Source: Lysobacterales bacterium (GTDB lineage: Bacteria > Pseudomonadota > Gammaproteobacteria > Xanthomonadales > SZUA-5). Taken from it: a stretch of 64,000 nt of DNA. The DNA is taken from NCBI GenBank assembly GCA_022844165.1, contig JALHMH010000003.1:64001-128000 (forward strand), in the 5' to 3' direction. Below, in pieces: positions 26,801-39,300 of the stretch. The position numbers were made by a program, and so were the translations under genes. The notes under the pieces were generated by a model. That model saw only the letters and a program-made list of their open reading frames with translations, was not told the origin of the DNA and ran no database searches. Each line of letters starts with the position of its first letter. The first letter of the stretch is position 1.

Positions 26801-29800
26801 ATGAGTGTTGACGGCGCAGCAAGTACGCCACCGGATCGAACCAAACAACGTGAGGTTCTGGCGAATCTCTTGCGGGCGCGCGCAGGTTGTGCAACGGAAT
26901 TCCCTTTGTCCCGATCGCAAGAGATCATCTGGCTTCATAGCGCCACGTTTCCGGATAGCAGCGCCTACAACATCCCACTGGCGTTCCGCATCAAATCGGC
27001 TCTGGATGCATCAGTGGTTCGCGCCAGCCTTGCCAACGTCATCGAGCGTCATCCGGTGATGAGAAGTGTCGTGTTCGAGCGAGATGGCGTGCCATTTCAG
27101 CGAATCACGACGCCGGAATCGCTCAAGCTTGAAGAGTCATATGAGGCTGCCTGCGAAAACATCGATGCTTTGATTGGGCGACTAACCCAGGAACATGCCC
27201 GCGAGCCGTTCGACCTTTCGGTCGGCCCTCTTTACAGATTCCACCTCATTCACTTTTCCGATAGCGACCATCTGCTGTTGGCGACGATCCACCACCTGGT
27301 TCTGGACGGATGGTCAATCGGCGTCTTCTTGAACGATTTCACTGAATGCTATCTTGCGCTCGCAGCTGGCAGGAGACCTGCGCTCCCGCCAATCCGCGAG
27401 GGATTTCTCGAACACCTGTCGGCTCAACCCCAGGGGACGGTTGGGACCGATAACGAGTATTGGGTGGAGCGCTTCAAGGGGTATTCCGGCGTTCTACCCT
27501 TGCCGTATGACCGGCTTCCAACTGCTCAGACTTCCCACCGCGGCAGTAGTTGCTCGATCGATATACCCACCGATGTGCTGGCCGGGCTGCGCAATCTGGC
27601 CAGGCGCGAAGGCGTTACGCTGTTCATGGTCATGCTGACCGCGTACTACTTGCTCATCGGTCGTATGACTGGCCGCACCGATATTGTGTTAGCCGTATCG
27701 ATCGCGGGACGCGAAAAAAGCGAACATTGGTCAGCCATTGGCCCGTTTTCACACATTTTGCCGATGCGAGCTGATTTAACGGGCTGTTCGCGAGTCGTAG
27801 ATTTCTTGCGACGAGTCCGGGACTCGGCCATCGAAGACTATGCTCATTCCGACCTGTCTCTAATATCTCTTGCAGAAACGATCGCAGCGGTTCGCAACGG
27901 GCGGCGCGAGGCGCTCTTTCAGCTTGGATTCGACTTTCAAAATACGCCATGGCCTACCGTGGCGGGAGAGGAGGAAATCAACGTAGCTGATTACGTGACG
28001 TTACTGGTCGGGGATTCGAGTTCCGCCAAAATCGATCTGAATCTGGACATTCGCGAAGAATTGGGTCGATTGCGATGCACATTCGAGTTTGCGACCGACC
28101 TCTTTGATCTGGAAACCGTAACAAGTATCGCCGAGAGCTACGCTGAGCTTGCGCGGTCCTTTCAGGAGCAAGCGAGCGTAGCGCTTGAGTCAATCGAACT
28201 GGTTGGATCAAGACGGAGGGCGCTGTTGCGAGAGTGGAGTCACGCCTTGCCCGCTCGCGAACGCGAATTGAATTGCTGTACTCAACGCATACTGCAGATT
28301 GCCAAAGACCACCCGCATCGGATCGCTTTCGAAGGGCCGTCTGGTCTTTGTACCTATGGCGAGTTCGCATATCTCGTTCGCCGGATAGCCCACGGTCTGT
28401 TGGCAGCGGGGACGGAGAGCGAAGAGCGCATCGGTTTATGCATGCCTCGCTCTATCGAGCAGTGGATCTCGGTGTTCGGAATCATGGCATCGGGCGGGTG
28501 TTTTGTACCTTTGGATCCCGACTTGCCGTTATCCAGGATTGCCGAAATCGTGGCATCTTCTGGCATCCGTTTGGTACTGGTCGACAGCCCAGATCGAGTG
28601 CTGTTGCCATCAGAGACGCGACACCTGAGCTATCAGAACCTGATCGCAAACGCCCCGGACGGCGAGCTTGCGATACCGTCGGCTAATCAACTTGCATACG
28701 TTACGCATACCTCTGGCACGACAGGACGGCCAAAGGGTGTGCCCATTTGCCGAGGCGCTTTGCTGGACTTCGCCGTGGCGGCCGCAGAGGCCTTTGGTCT
28801 AACGGCGGATGATCGCGTGCTTCAGTTTGCCTCGCTGGCATTCGATGCGAGTGTGGAGGAGGTCTTTCCTGCCTTGGTTTCCGGCGCCACGGTAGTCCTG
28901 CGGCGCGAGGACATGTTCGGCAGCGCTCAGAGATTTGCCAAAGCATGCGATGACCTGCGACTCAGCGTCATGAACCTCCCAACTGCTTTTTGGCGCGAGT
29001 GGGTATCTGGGTTGGCTGATGAGCCTGTCTGCCCTTGTCCCAGTCTGCGAGCCATGATCATCGGTGGCGAGGCGGCGCAGGGTGCCAGCGTTGTCGAGTG
29101 GCAGCGGATTTTCAAGCAAGCGCGTCTCTTGAACACTTACGGTCCATCCGAGGCGACGGTCACCGTCACCTGTGCGGAATTGGACACGCCTCCAGAAGAT
29201 GGACGTCCGGTCAGTATTGGCCGACCGTTTGGCGTCGCGCGGGTATATGTGTTGGACGCTCACCTGAACCCAGTCGCTCCCGGAATGGAGGGCGAGATTT
29301 TCATTGGAGGCCCTTGCCTGGCGCGAGGTTATTGGGACGACCCGGTACTGACGGCGAAGTGCTTCCTGCCCGACCCATTGAACGATGAGCCCGGCGCACG
29401 GATGTACAGAACCGGCGATCTCGGTCGTTTCCGCGCGGATGGAAGTCTCGAGTTCCGAGGACGGCGCGATAGCCAACAGGTGAAGGTCCGTGGCTTTCGC
29501 ATAGAACTTGGCGAGATCGAAGTCGTACTCTGTTCGCATCCGCACGTAAAGAGTGCCGCTGTCGTCGTCGACAAGGACACCGGCGAACAAGGAGACGGTT
29601 TGATTGCCGTTGCAGTTACAGAGCCTGGGCATCGGCTCTCGCCGAAAACGATCGTCGAATGGCTCTCGGAGCGTCTGCCAAAGTACATGGTGCCCTGGAG
29701 AGTTTTGCTGCTCGACCGCATTCCGTTGACGATCAGCGGAAAAGTGGATCGCCGTGCACTATTGGCGAATCTGCCCGAGCTCGACCGACCCACCGCGTCG

Positions 29801-32800
29801 GCGACCGCACCGCGCACGCCCACCGAATCTGTGCTCGCACAGATATGGGCCGAAGTGCTGGGTCTCGATAGCGTGCAATTAGACGATGATTTCTTTCAGC
29901 TGGGAGGGCACTCGTTGATGATGACGAGGGTGCTGGCACGGGTCAATCGAGCATTTCGCGTCGATGTTCCTGTACAGCGCTTCTTTGCGGCTTCGAAGCT
30001 GGCGGCATTCGCCAGCATCGTCGAGCGCGAGCGAGTTGCGGCCACATACACTGAGAAGTTGCCGATCGAGCGAACCTTGACGGATGGTTCTTGGCCGCAA
30101 TCATTCGAGCAGCGCCGACTTTGGTTCCTCGAACGACTGTCGCCAGGCGACACGTACAACCAGAGTTCTGCGACCCGACTTCGCGGCAACGTTGACGTCG
30201 ACGCGATGTCCAAAGCTATCGCCGGCATTGTGGAGCGACACGAGATCTTGCGCACCGCTTTTCTTGAGATAGACGGCGAGCCGATTCAGCAGCTGACATC
30301 TTGCGAGACACCCGAACTGCGAAGAGTCGATCTTTCGCATCTTCCTGTGCCCCAGCGCCAAACTCAGCTGGCGGCTACCTTATCCACGATGGCTTCGGAA
30401 CCGTTCGACTTGACCATGCCACCGCTGTTACGCATGTGTCTGATTCAGATCGATGCGGAGGAGTTCTTGCTGCAAACGTGCTTGCACCATATCGTGTCGG
30501 ATGCCTGGTCGGCCGGGATTCTGGCTCGTGAGTTCGCGGAATTGTATGCAGCGCACGTCCAAGGCCTGAACGCCGAACTTCCGGATTTGGCACTGCGCTA
30601 CGCAGACTATGCCAGCTGGCAACAGGCTTATTTCATTGGAGCCAACGCAGCTCGCCTGACCTCGTACTGGTCCGAGAAATTAGCCAACCTGCCCGATCCG
30701 CCGCTTTTGCCAGAGCGTCCAGGGGCTCATCGGGTCAGCAACGCGGGTCAATCTTGCTGGTACTTGCTTGAGCCGAGCGTCGCTAAAGCCATTCAAGGCT
30801 ATTGCAGATCGCGCGCAACTACGCCGTACATGTTCTTCCTGACGGCTTTCTATGCGCTGCTCAGCAAATACAGCGGCCAGACCGACCTGGCGATTGGCAC
30901 CCCATTTACGACGCGTGATAGCGAAGAACTAGAACGCCTGGTCGGTTTCTTCGTCAACATGGTGGTACTTCGATCGGATGTATCGGGTGATCCCAGTTTC
31001 GAAGGGCTCCTTGAGCGAGTTCGCGATGTCGTAATTGACGCTCATGCTTATCGAGCACACCCATTCGATAAGCTGGTTGGGGAAATTCGGGCAACGACAG
31101 GTCGAGGCGCCGATTCGTTAGTCAAGGTGGTGTTCTCGTTCCACGACCAGGCACCTCTACCGCCGGCGCTCTTTGGTGTCGAGGCAAACCAGATCGATAT
31201 ACCTGTTCGTTCCGTGAAGTTCGACTTAACCCTTGAAGTCGTCCCGCGGCATGGCACCTGGCTGCTCGTTTTCTACTACAGCAGCGACCTGTTCGAAACA
31301 TCAACGATCACACGGATGCTGTCGCACTATCAAGGACTGGTCGCCGCGGTATTGGAGGACCCGAGTCGGCGATTGTCGCAACTTAGGTTGTTGTCTTCCT
31401 CGGAACACGACGATTTGCGGCAGTGGGGAGAAGGCAGGAAGGGCGAAGTCGTTGGGACAGTGTTGTCCTGGTTCGATGCGTTGGTGTTATCGGATGCAGG
31501 CTCACCGGCGCTGGTTGAGGATGGTGAGACGGTGAGCTATGGCTCGTTGCACACCCGGTCTTTGCGTTTAGCGCAGACGCTGGCGGCGCGCGGGGTTGGG
31601 GAGTCAGGCATCGTAGGTTTGGCGTTGTCAGGTTTAGTCGATCGTGTAACGGCGATGTTGGCGTCGTGGCGCTTGGGGGCGGCCTTTTTGCCGTTGGATT
31701 TATCCCACCCGCAAGCACGGTTGCATTGGATGCTGGAGGATGCTGGTGCGGTGATGGTGCTGGCGCGTGGCGATATTGGGTGGGACAAGAGCCGAACGCT
31801 GGACCTGTATGGAATCCAATGGCCCGAGGGTGCTATGGCAGTAGTGCCTGCTGTGGATCTGCCGGCCGGGTTGCTCGCCTATGTGATCTACACGTCCGGG
31901 TCCAGCGGTCGACCCAAATGCGTGGAGATCGACCATAGTGGCCTGGCGAATTTGGTGGTCTGGCACAACAGGACATTCGCGGTAGACAAGACCAGTATGG
32001 CCTCGCAACTGGCAGGACCCGCATTCGATGCATCGTTGTGGGAGATATGGCCTTATTTGTCAGCGGGCGGAACCGTGAGCGCGGTTCCTGCGGAGATTCG
32101 TGTGAATCCCGAGGCCTTGATCCTCTGGCTGAGTGCGCATGGGATGACCCACGCATTTATGCCAACGCCTTTGGGCGAAGCGTGTTTAGACGAACCCTGG
32201 CCCGAGTCGACGCGACTTAAGACTCTGCTGGTCGGCGGGGACGTGCTGCATCGTCGTCCGCGAAGCGGCTTGCCGTTCCGGCTGTACAACGCATACGGGC
32301 CGACCGAGGGGACGGTCGTATCGACGTGCGATGAGGTGCTGTCCGATGAGATCGGATTGCCGCCGATCGGCAGGCCGATCGACAACGTCCGCGTATACGT
32401 GCTCGATGCCCATGGCGAGCCGGTGCCGATCGGGGTGGCAGGCGAGCTGTGCATCGCTGGGCGAGGCCTGGCGCGTGGCTACCGCGGCGACGAGCAGCGC
32501 ACGGCGGAGCAGTTCGTGGAGCATGGCGAGTTCGCGGGCGGGCGCGTGTACCGTTCTGGCGATCGGGCACGATTTCGTGCCGATGGACGCCTGGAATTTT
32601 TAGGTCGTTTGGATGCGCAAATCAAGTTGCGTGGTATGCGTATCGAACCGGGCGAAATTGAGGCCGAACTGCTCGCCATTGAAGGGGTTCGTCGAGCAGT
32701 CGTGGTCCTGGACACTTTCGGTGGGCGCGATCCGCAGCTTGTTGCCTATCTTGAATGGGCGTCGGCAGAGGGCGGTCAAGCCGATTGCAACACCGACCTG

Positions 32801-33307
32801 CGTACGAAACTCAAGGGGCGTCTGCCAGCCCCGATGGTCCCGTCACACATCGTGTCTGTTGAACGGGTACCGCAGACTGCCAATGGAAAGATAGACCTGC
32901 GGCAACTCAAAGCCGTGAACCGAGAGAACAACTTATCGGCAAATCTGGTGCCAGTTGGAGACGCCGAGACACTTGTAGCTGAAATTTGGACCAAGCTGCT
33001 CGGAGCCGCTTCCATCCATCCTCAGTCGGATTTCTTCGATCTTGGTGGCCACTCAATTCTCGCGGCAAAGATCGCCACTCGCTTGGAGAGGATCTTGCGA
33101 ATTCATGTGCCTTTGCAGCTGATGTTCGACCATAGAACTCTTCGGGAATTCGTCACAGCACTAGCCGAGCGTGTCGGTGGGCGAACACGACTGGAGCACA
33201 TCGCGGGGATCTACAAGCGAATCGAAAGCATGAGCACCGCCGAAGCGCGAGCAACTCTCGGCGACGGCGACATGTCACTCGCAGAACTTCAAGATACAGG
33301 TAGGTAG
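26801..33307 (+). CDS. NRPS 1: C-A(Lys/basic-like)-T-C-A(Leu-like)-T
   Basis: C motifs HHLVLDG and HHIVSDA; T motifs FFQLGGHSL and FFDLGGHSI. Hand-extracted A codes DAENIGTVTK and DAWFLGAVVK. No E domain. Confidence 0.95.
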   Translation: MSVDGAASTPPDRTKQREVLANLLRARAGCATEFPLSRSQEIIWLHSATFPDSSAYNIPLAFRIKSALDASVVRASLANVIERHPVMRSVVFERDGVPFQRITTPESLKLEESYEAACENIDALIGRLTQEHAREPFDLSVGPLYRFHLIHFSDSDHLLLATIHHLVLDGWSIGVFLNDFTECYLALAAGRRPALPPIREGFLEHLSAQPQGTVGTDNEYWVERFKGYSGVLPLPYDRLPTAQTSHRGSSCSIDIPTDVLAGLRNLARREGVTLFMVMLTAYYLLIGRMTGRTDIVLAVSIAGREKSEHWSAIGPFSHILPMRADLTGCSRVVDFLRRVRDSAIEDYAHSDLSLISLAETIAAVRNGRREALFQLGFDFQNTPWPTVAGEEEINVADYVTLLVGDSSSAKIDLNLDIREELGRLRCTFEFATDLFDLETVTSIAESYAELARSFQEQASVALESIELVGSRRRALLREWSHALPARERELNCCTQRILQIAKDHPHRIAFEGPSGLCTYGEFAYLVRRIAHGLLAAGTESEERIGLCMPRSIEQWISVFGIMASGGCFVPLDPDLPLSRIAEIVASSGIRLVLVDSPDRVLLPSETRHLSYQNLIANAPDGELAIPSANQLAYVTHTSGTTGRPKGVPICRGALLDFAVAAAEAFGLTADDRVLQFASLAFDASVEEVFPALVSGATVVLRREDMFGSAQRFAKACDDLRLSVMNLPTAFWREWVSGLADEPVCPCPSLRAMIIGGEAAQGASVVEWQRIFKQARLLNTYGPSEATVTVTCAELDTPPEDGRPVSIGRPFGVARVYVLDAHLNPVAPGMEGEIFIGGPCLARGYWDDPVLTAKCFLPDPLNDEPGARMYRTGDLGRFRADGSLEFRGRRDSQQVKVRGFRIELGEIEVVLCSHPHVKSAAVVVDKDTGEQGDGLIAVAVTEPGHRLSPKTIVEWLSERLPKYMVPWRVLLLDRIPLTISGKVDRRALLANLPELDRPTASATAPRTPTESVLAQIWAEVLGLDSVQLDDDFFQLGGHSLMMTRVLARVNRAFRVDVPVQRFFAASKLAAFASIVERERVAATYTEKLPIERTLTDGSWPQSFEQRRLWFLERLSPGDTYNQSSATRLRGNVDVDAMSKAIAGIVERHEILRTAFLEIDGEPIQQLTSCETPELRRVDLSHLPVPQRQTQLAATLSTMASEPFDLTMPPLLRMCLIQIDAEEFLLQTCLHHIVSDAWSAGILAREFAELYAAHVQGLNAELPDLALRYADYASWQQAYFIGANAARLTSYWSEKLANLPDPPLLPERPGAHRVSNAGQSCWYLLEPSVAKAIQGYCRSRATTPYMFFLTAFYALLSKYSGQTDLAIGTPFTTRDSEELERLVGFFVNMVVLRSDVSGDPSFEGLLERVRDVVIDAHAYRAHPFDKLVGEIRATTGRGADSLVKVVFSFHDQAPLPPALFGVEANQIDIPVRSVKFDLTLEVVPRHGTWLLVFYYSSDLFETSTITRMLSHYQGLVAAVLEDPSRRLSQLRLLSSSEHDDLRQWGEGRKGEVVGTVLSWFDALVLSDAGSPALVEDGETVSYGSLHTRSLRLAQTLAARGVGESGIVGLALSGLVDRVTAMLASWRLGAAFLPLDLSHPQARLHWMLEDAGAVMVLARGDIGWDKSRTLDLYGIQWPEGAMAVVPAVDLPAGLLAYVIYTSGSSGRPKCVEIDHSGLANLVVWHNRTFAVDKTSMASQLAGPAFDASLWEIWPYLSAGGTVSAVPAEIRVNPEALILWLSAHGMTHAFMPTPLGEACLDEPWPESTRLKTLLVGGDVLHRRPRSGLPFRLYNAYGPTEGTVVSTCDEVLSDEIGLPPIGRPIDNVRVYVLDAHGEPVPIGVAGELCIAGRGLARGYRGDEQRTAEQFVEHGEFAGGRVYRSGDRARFRADGRLEFLGRLDAQIKLRGMRIEPGEIEAELLAIEGVRRAVVVLDTFGGRDPQLVAYLEWASAEGGQADCNTDLRTKLKGRLPAPMVPSHIVSVERVPQTANGKIDLRQLKAVNRENNLSANLVPVGDAETLVAEIWTKLLGAASIHPQSDFFDLGGHSILAAKIATRLERILRIHVPLQLMFDHRTLREFVTALAERVGGRTRLEHIAGIYKRIESMSTAEARATLGDGDMSLAELQDTGR
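31279..32688 (+). repeat. Direct repeat copy 1 (end of C domain plus A-core of module 2)
   Basis: 1410 bp nearly identical to 37782-39191 (offset 6503); shadow ORFs in the track are duplicated too. Confidence 0.95.
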
Positions 33308-33309
33308 CT

Positions 33310-36300
33310 ATGAGCGAAACACTCACGCCCGAGAAAGAGAAATTGCTTGCCAAGCTACTTGGCGATCACGGAGCGACCGGCAAATGGCATCGGATCGTCA
33401 GGGGAACGGATGGCCCTGAACATCCGCAGTCCTTCGCTCAGCGAATGCTGTGGTTCCAGTATTTGCTTCGCCCATACTCGTCCGCCTACAACATCCACAG
33501 TGCCACACGGCTCCGCGGGCCGCTTCAGGTTCAAGCCCTGAATCTGGCCGTTAACGCGGTCGTGGCTCGGCATGAACCCTTGAGGACCCTGTTCGACGAA
33601 GACAACGGCCTGCCGATACAACGCGTGTCCGCGAGCCTGGAATTGACCGTGCCTACCATCGACCTCACACACTTCGATGAGGAACGAAAGATGGCAGAAG
33701 CGATGCGGCTCATCCATGGCGAGGCCGTGCGGCCTTTCGACCTGCGAAGGGGCCCATTGTTGCGATTGCACCTGATCAAACTCTCAACGCAGGAGCACAT
33801 CTTACTCTTCAATGTCCATCATATCGTTGCGGATGGATGGTCGTTGGGCGTGTTGGCTGGAGAAGTTTCGGAGATCTATCGCGCCAAAATTGAGGGGCAA
33901 GAAGCAAAGCTTGCTGGACTACCCATCCGCTATGCGGATTACGCCCGCTGGCAGCACAAAACGCTGAAAGGGCAAACTCTCGAATCACTGCTCTCATTCT
34001 GGAAGTCGTCGCTCCAGGATGCGCCGCCGATTCTGCAACTGCCCTACAAACGTAGCAACGGTACGACCTCAGCGGACCACGGCTCGGGAATGAGCTTTAG
34101 AGTCGAATACAGAACGACCGAGCTGTTGCGAAAGGCGGCGGGTCGTTCCGGCGCCAGTTTGTTCATGATTCTGTTTGCAACTTATGCCGTTTTGCTCCGC
34201 CGATATTCTGGTCAGGACGACATTGTCATCGGAACCCCCATCGCTGGCCGCCATTCGGAGGAAATGGAGCCGTTGATTGGTCATTTCGTAAACATGTTGG
34301 CCATTCGAGTACGGCTGACCGGTGCACTTGCTTTTGCCGACCTGTTGCTTGATGCAAGAGCAGCTTGTTTGGCAGCGTTTGAACATCAAGCCCTGCCGTT
34401 CGACCGACTGGTCGAGGAGCTTGCTCCAGATCGGAACGTATTGTTTCCACCGATCTTTCAAGCCGTTTTTTCTCTCCAGAATGCACCTGGTGAGCCGCTT
34501 TCGCTGGCGGATTTGAGTGCCACCAGAGTTGAGTACGAACTTAAGCTCGCGAAGTTTCCTATCGCTCTGGACCTTGAAGAGTCGAATGGCGGCCTTGACG
34601 GCGTGTTTCAATTCTCGACAGCACACCTCGATGAAAGCGTCGTTCGCGCCATGATGAGCGACTATCAACGAATGTTGGAGACGATAGCCGTTCAGGTAAA
34701 CGTCGACGTTCGCAGTCTCTCGGCGCCAGATCGCGCCACATATCGGCGTGTGGTCGACGAGTTCAATCGAACGGAACTGGCAATAACTTACCCTGGCGGT
34801 CTGCATGTGCTTTTCGAACGCCAGGCAGAGCTCACGCCGAATTCGGTGGCCGTGGAAGCCGGCGCAAACAAGCGTACTTACGCTGACGTCAACTCGGGTG
34901 CCGACAGGTTCGCTCATGCGCTTGTTGGCCGCAGGGTCAACCGTGGCGATGTCGTTGGCGTTTTGCTCCCACGCTCACCGGTCCTGATCGAAGCGCTCCT
35001 GGGCATCTTAAAGTCCGGAGCAACGTATCTGCCGATGGACCCGGCATATCCCGATGAGCGACTGAGGCTGCTGTTGGCAGACAGCGGTGCGGTCGGCGTC
35101 GTCACCAATGCCGAACTAGGCGCCCGTTTGCCGCATCGGGACAGTTTCTGGAAGCTCTCCAGCGAAATGCTCGAAGAACCACCCGGGCCTGTCGAAAGCA
35201 CTCGGGTTGACCCGGAGCAGGCGGCCTATCTTATCTATACGTCTGGATCTACCGGGCAACCAAAAGGCGTGATCATTGAGCATCAAAACGCCGTCGCACT
35301 TCTGAATTGGGCGTGGACTGCTTATGGCCGCGACGAGCTGTCCCGCGTTCTGGCATCGACGTCGATTTGCTTTGACCTTTCAGTGTTCGAGATCTTCGTG
35401 CCGCTTAGCGTCGGCGGTTGCGTGGTTGTTGTAGACAGCGCGCTGGACTTGGCGGAAAGCCATCGAGTCACTCTCCTGAACACCGTGCCCTCGATCATGA
35501 CCGAGTTGATTCGGTTCGATCGCTTGCCTTCCAGTGTGCGCACCGTCAACCTGGCTGGAGAGGCTCTGCCGCTTTCCCTGGTTAAGGATATCGAGCGCAT
35601 ATCGCCTCACGTCAGGTTGTTGAACTTGTATGGCCCGTCGGAAGACACCACCTACTCAACATGGCACGAAGTCGACCCGAGCGAGGATGTGGCGCCACCG
35701 ATAGGTCGCCCGATCGCCAATACCCAAGCCTATGTGCTGGACGCCGACATGAACCCGGTTCCGTTGGGCGTGACTGGCGAGATCTACCTGGGTGGCGCTG
35801 GCGTAGCGCGCGGTTACCTGGGGCGACCGGAATTGACCAAAGAGCGTTTCGTGAATGATCCTTTTTCAGGTCAGCCTAAGGCACGACTTTACAAGACGGG
35901 AGATCGCGGTCGCCAGCGCAGCGACGGCACCCTTGAGTACTTAGGCCGCGGGGATGGCCAAGTTAAGATCAGGGGTTGCCGCATTGAACTCGCCGAAGTG
36001 GAGGTCGTCGCTGAAGCCTGCGCACCAGGTTTTCGCGTAGTTGTCGATTTCTCGGATGCCGACTCATCGAACGGTCGCCGCCTGATTGGTTTCCTCGAAT
36101 GCGGCATCGACGCTGCGCCGGCCGAAAGAGACTTGATCTCCAAACTCCGATCGCGCCTGCCGGAAGTGATGGTGCCAACAGAATGGTCTTTCGTCGAGAC
36201 ATTCCCGCGCAACAGCAACGGCAAAATCGACCGGGCCAAATTGCGGCTTTCGCTGCCCTTAGGTTCGATTGAACGCGATGAATCCGAATATCGTCCACCG

Positions 36301-39300
36301 GTGACCGAGTTGCAAAAACAGATGGTGGAGATCTGGGAGCGTGTACTGGACCGGGACCGAATCGGTATTGGCGACAATTTCTTCGACCTGGGCGGTCACT
36401 CGCTCCTTGCGACGCAGGTTGTTTCGCGGCTGCGAAAGACCACGGCGGTAGAACTGCCGCTTCAGACCATCTTCGAATTTCCTACGATCGAGACCCTGTG
36501 CCTGAACATTGAGGGGAACAGTTGGGCAAGCACAGTTCCGCCGCCGCCATTGTTGCCGTTGGCGATGGACGAAAGTCAGCCGAAAACCGTAGTTCAGTCG
36601 TTTGCCCAGCAGAGGCTTTGGTTCCTGGATCAGCTTGAACCTGGCAGCACCGCCTATTTGGTCGGCATTGCCATGAAAATGACTGGCTTCCTGGATCTTC
36701 GCGTTCTGCAGTCATGCTTCGATGCTCTGGTGGAACGCCATGAAGCATTAAGAACAGTTTTTGACGTCCAGAATGACCAGATGGTGCAGATCGTACTTCC
36801 CCCAACCTCGCCGCTCATATCAATTGCAAATCTGGACGCACTGCCCGAATCGGAGCGTGACGATCGCGCCAGACAACTCATGAAGGAGGAAGTCGAACGG
36901 CCGATGAACCTGCAAACAGGACCGTTGTTGCGGGTTAATCTCATTCGCTTGTCGGCCGAACACCATCTGCTGCAGATTACCACGCATCACATTGTCAACG
37001 ATGCGTGGTCAATTGGTGTGCTGGTCGACGAACTCTCGGTTCGTTATCGAGCCGGTATCGAAGGCAACCCGGCTTCGCTTCAGCCACTAGCCATCCAATA
37101 CACTGATTTTGCTGCCTGGCAAAAAGAGTGGATCCAGTTTGGCGTTCTGGAGGCCTTGCTTCACTACTGGCGACAGCGCCTCGAAGGCGCGCCGGACACG
37201 GTGGCGCTTCCCTTTGACCGCCCCCGACATGTTTCGCGCGGCTTTCGGGGGGCTCGGGTTGGTTTCGCATTCGATTCGGCCACCACATCGTCACTTCAGG
37301 CGCTTGCAAAAGCCAATAACGCAACACTATTTATTGTCTTGCTCGCGGCTTTCAAGGCGCTTTTGTTTCGGTATACCGGCCAGGACGATATGGTGGTTGG
37401 ATCGCCAATCGCCAACCGCAATCGCGACGAACTCGAGCCGCTGATCGGTTTCTTTGTGAATACGCTTGTACTCAGGACCGATTTGTCGGGAGATCCAGAT
37501 TTTCGTAAGACCATTTCCCGAGTTCGGGATGTCGCGCTCGGCGCATATGCACATCAGGACCTTCCGTTCGAGAAGTTGGTGGAGCAGCTGGGGCCCGAGC
37601 GGCGCTGGGGGCGTTCACCGTTGTTTCAAGTGATGTTCGTTCTACAAAATGCTCCTGCGGGAGAATTGTCGCTTCCGGGATTGAAGCTCTCGCCGGTCAG
37701 GTTAGAAAACACGACGGCAAAGTTCGACCTTAGTCTCCATATCCAGCAGGTCGGCGATCGGATCGAAGGCGAGTGTGAATTCAGCAGCGACCTGTTCGAA
37801 ACATCAACGATCACACGGATGATGTCGCACTATCAAGGACTGGTCGCCGCGGTATTGGAGGACCCGAGTCGGCGATTGTCGCAACTTAAGTTGTTGTCTT
37901 CCTCGGAACACGACAATTTGCGGCAGTGGGGAGAAGGCAGGAAGGGCGAAGTCGTTGGGACAGTGTTGTCCTGGTTCGATGCGTTGGTGTTATCGGATGC
38001 AGGTTCACCGGCGCTGGTTGAGGATGGTGAGACGGTGAGCTATGGCTCGTTGCACACCCGGTCTTTGCATTTGGCGCAGACGCTGGCGGCGCGCGGGGTC
38101 GGCGATTCTGGCATCGTAGGTTTGGCGTTGTCAGGTTTAGTCGATCGTGTAACGGCGATGTTGGCGTCGTGGCGCTTGGGGGCGGCCTTTTTGCCGTTGG
38201 ATTTATCCCACCCGCAAGCACGGTTGCATTGGATGCTGGAGGATGCTGGTGCGGTGATGGTGCTGGCGCGTGGCGATATTGGGTGGGACAAGAGCCGAAC
38301 GCTGGACCTGTATGGAATCCAATGGCCCGAGGGTGCTATGGCAGTAGTGCCTGCTGTGGATCTGCCGGCCGGGTTGCTCGCCTATGTGATCTACACGTCC
38401 GGGTCCAGCGGTCGACCCAAATGCGTGGAGATCGACCATAGTGGCCTGGCGAATTTGGTGGTCTGGCACAACAGGACATTCGCGGTAGACAAGACCAGTA
38501 TGGCCTCGCAACTGGCAGGACCCGCATTCGATGCATCGTTGTGGGAGATATGGCCTTATTTGTCAGCGGGCGGAACCGTGAGCGCGGTTCCTGCGGAGAT
38601 TCGTGTGAATCCCGAGGCCTTGATCCTCTGGCTGAGTGCGCATGGGATGACCCACGCATTTATGCCAACGCCTTTGGGCGAAGCGTGTTTAGACGAACCC
38701 TGGCCCGAGTCGACGCGACTTAAGACTCTGCTGGTCGGCGGGGACGTGCTGCATCGTCGTCCGCGAAGCGGCTTGCCGTTCCGGCTGTACAACGCATACG
38801 GGCCGACCGAGGGGACGGTCGTATCGACGTGCGATGAGGTGCTGTCCGATGAGATCGGATTGCCGCCGATCGGCAGGCCGATCGACAACGTCCGCGTATA
38901 CGTGCTCGATGCCCATGGCGAGCCGGTGCCGATCGGGGTGGCAGGCGAGCTGTGCATCGCTGGGCGAGGCCTGGCGCGTGGCTACCGCGGCGACGAGCAG
39001 CGCACGGCGGAGCAGTTCGTGGAGCATGGCGAGTTCGCGGGCGGGCGCGTGTACCGTTCTGGCGATCGGGCACGATTTCGTGCCGATGGACGCCTGGAAT
39101 TTCTAGGCCGTTTGGATGCGCAAATCAAGTTGCGTGGTATGCGTATCGAACCGGGCGAAATTGAGGCCGAACTGCTCGCCATTGAAGGGGTATCTGAAGC
39201 ACTCGTGGTTGCTGATGACATCTTCACGAATACAAAGCGCCTCGTCGCTTATGTGGTTCCAGCCGCCCATGCGAATCCTGATGTCGACAACCTGCTGGAG

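Noticed and set aside
31383-39227. Pairs of identical small ORFs in the track suggesting a repeated mobile element
   Set aside because: They are shadow frames of the duplicated NRPS A-domain segment; no transposase or terminal repeats.
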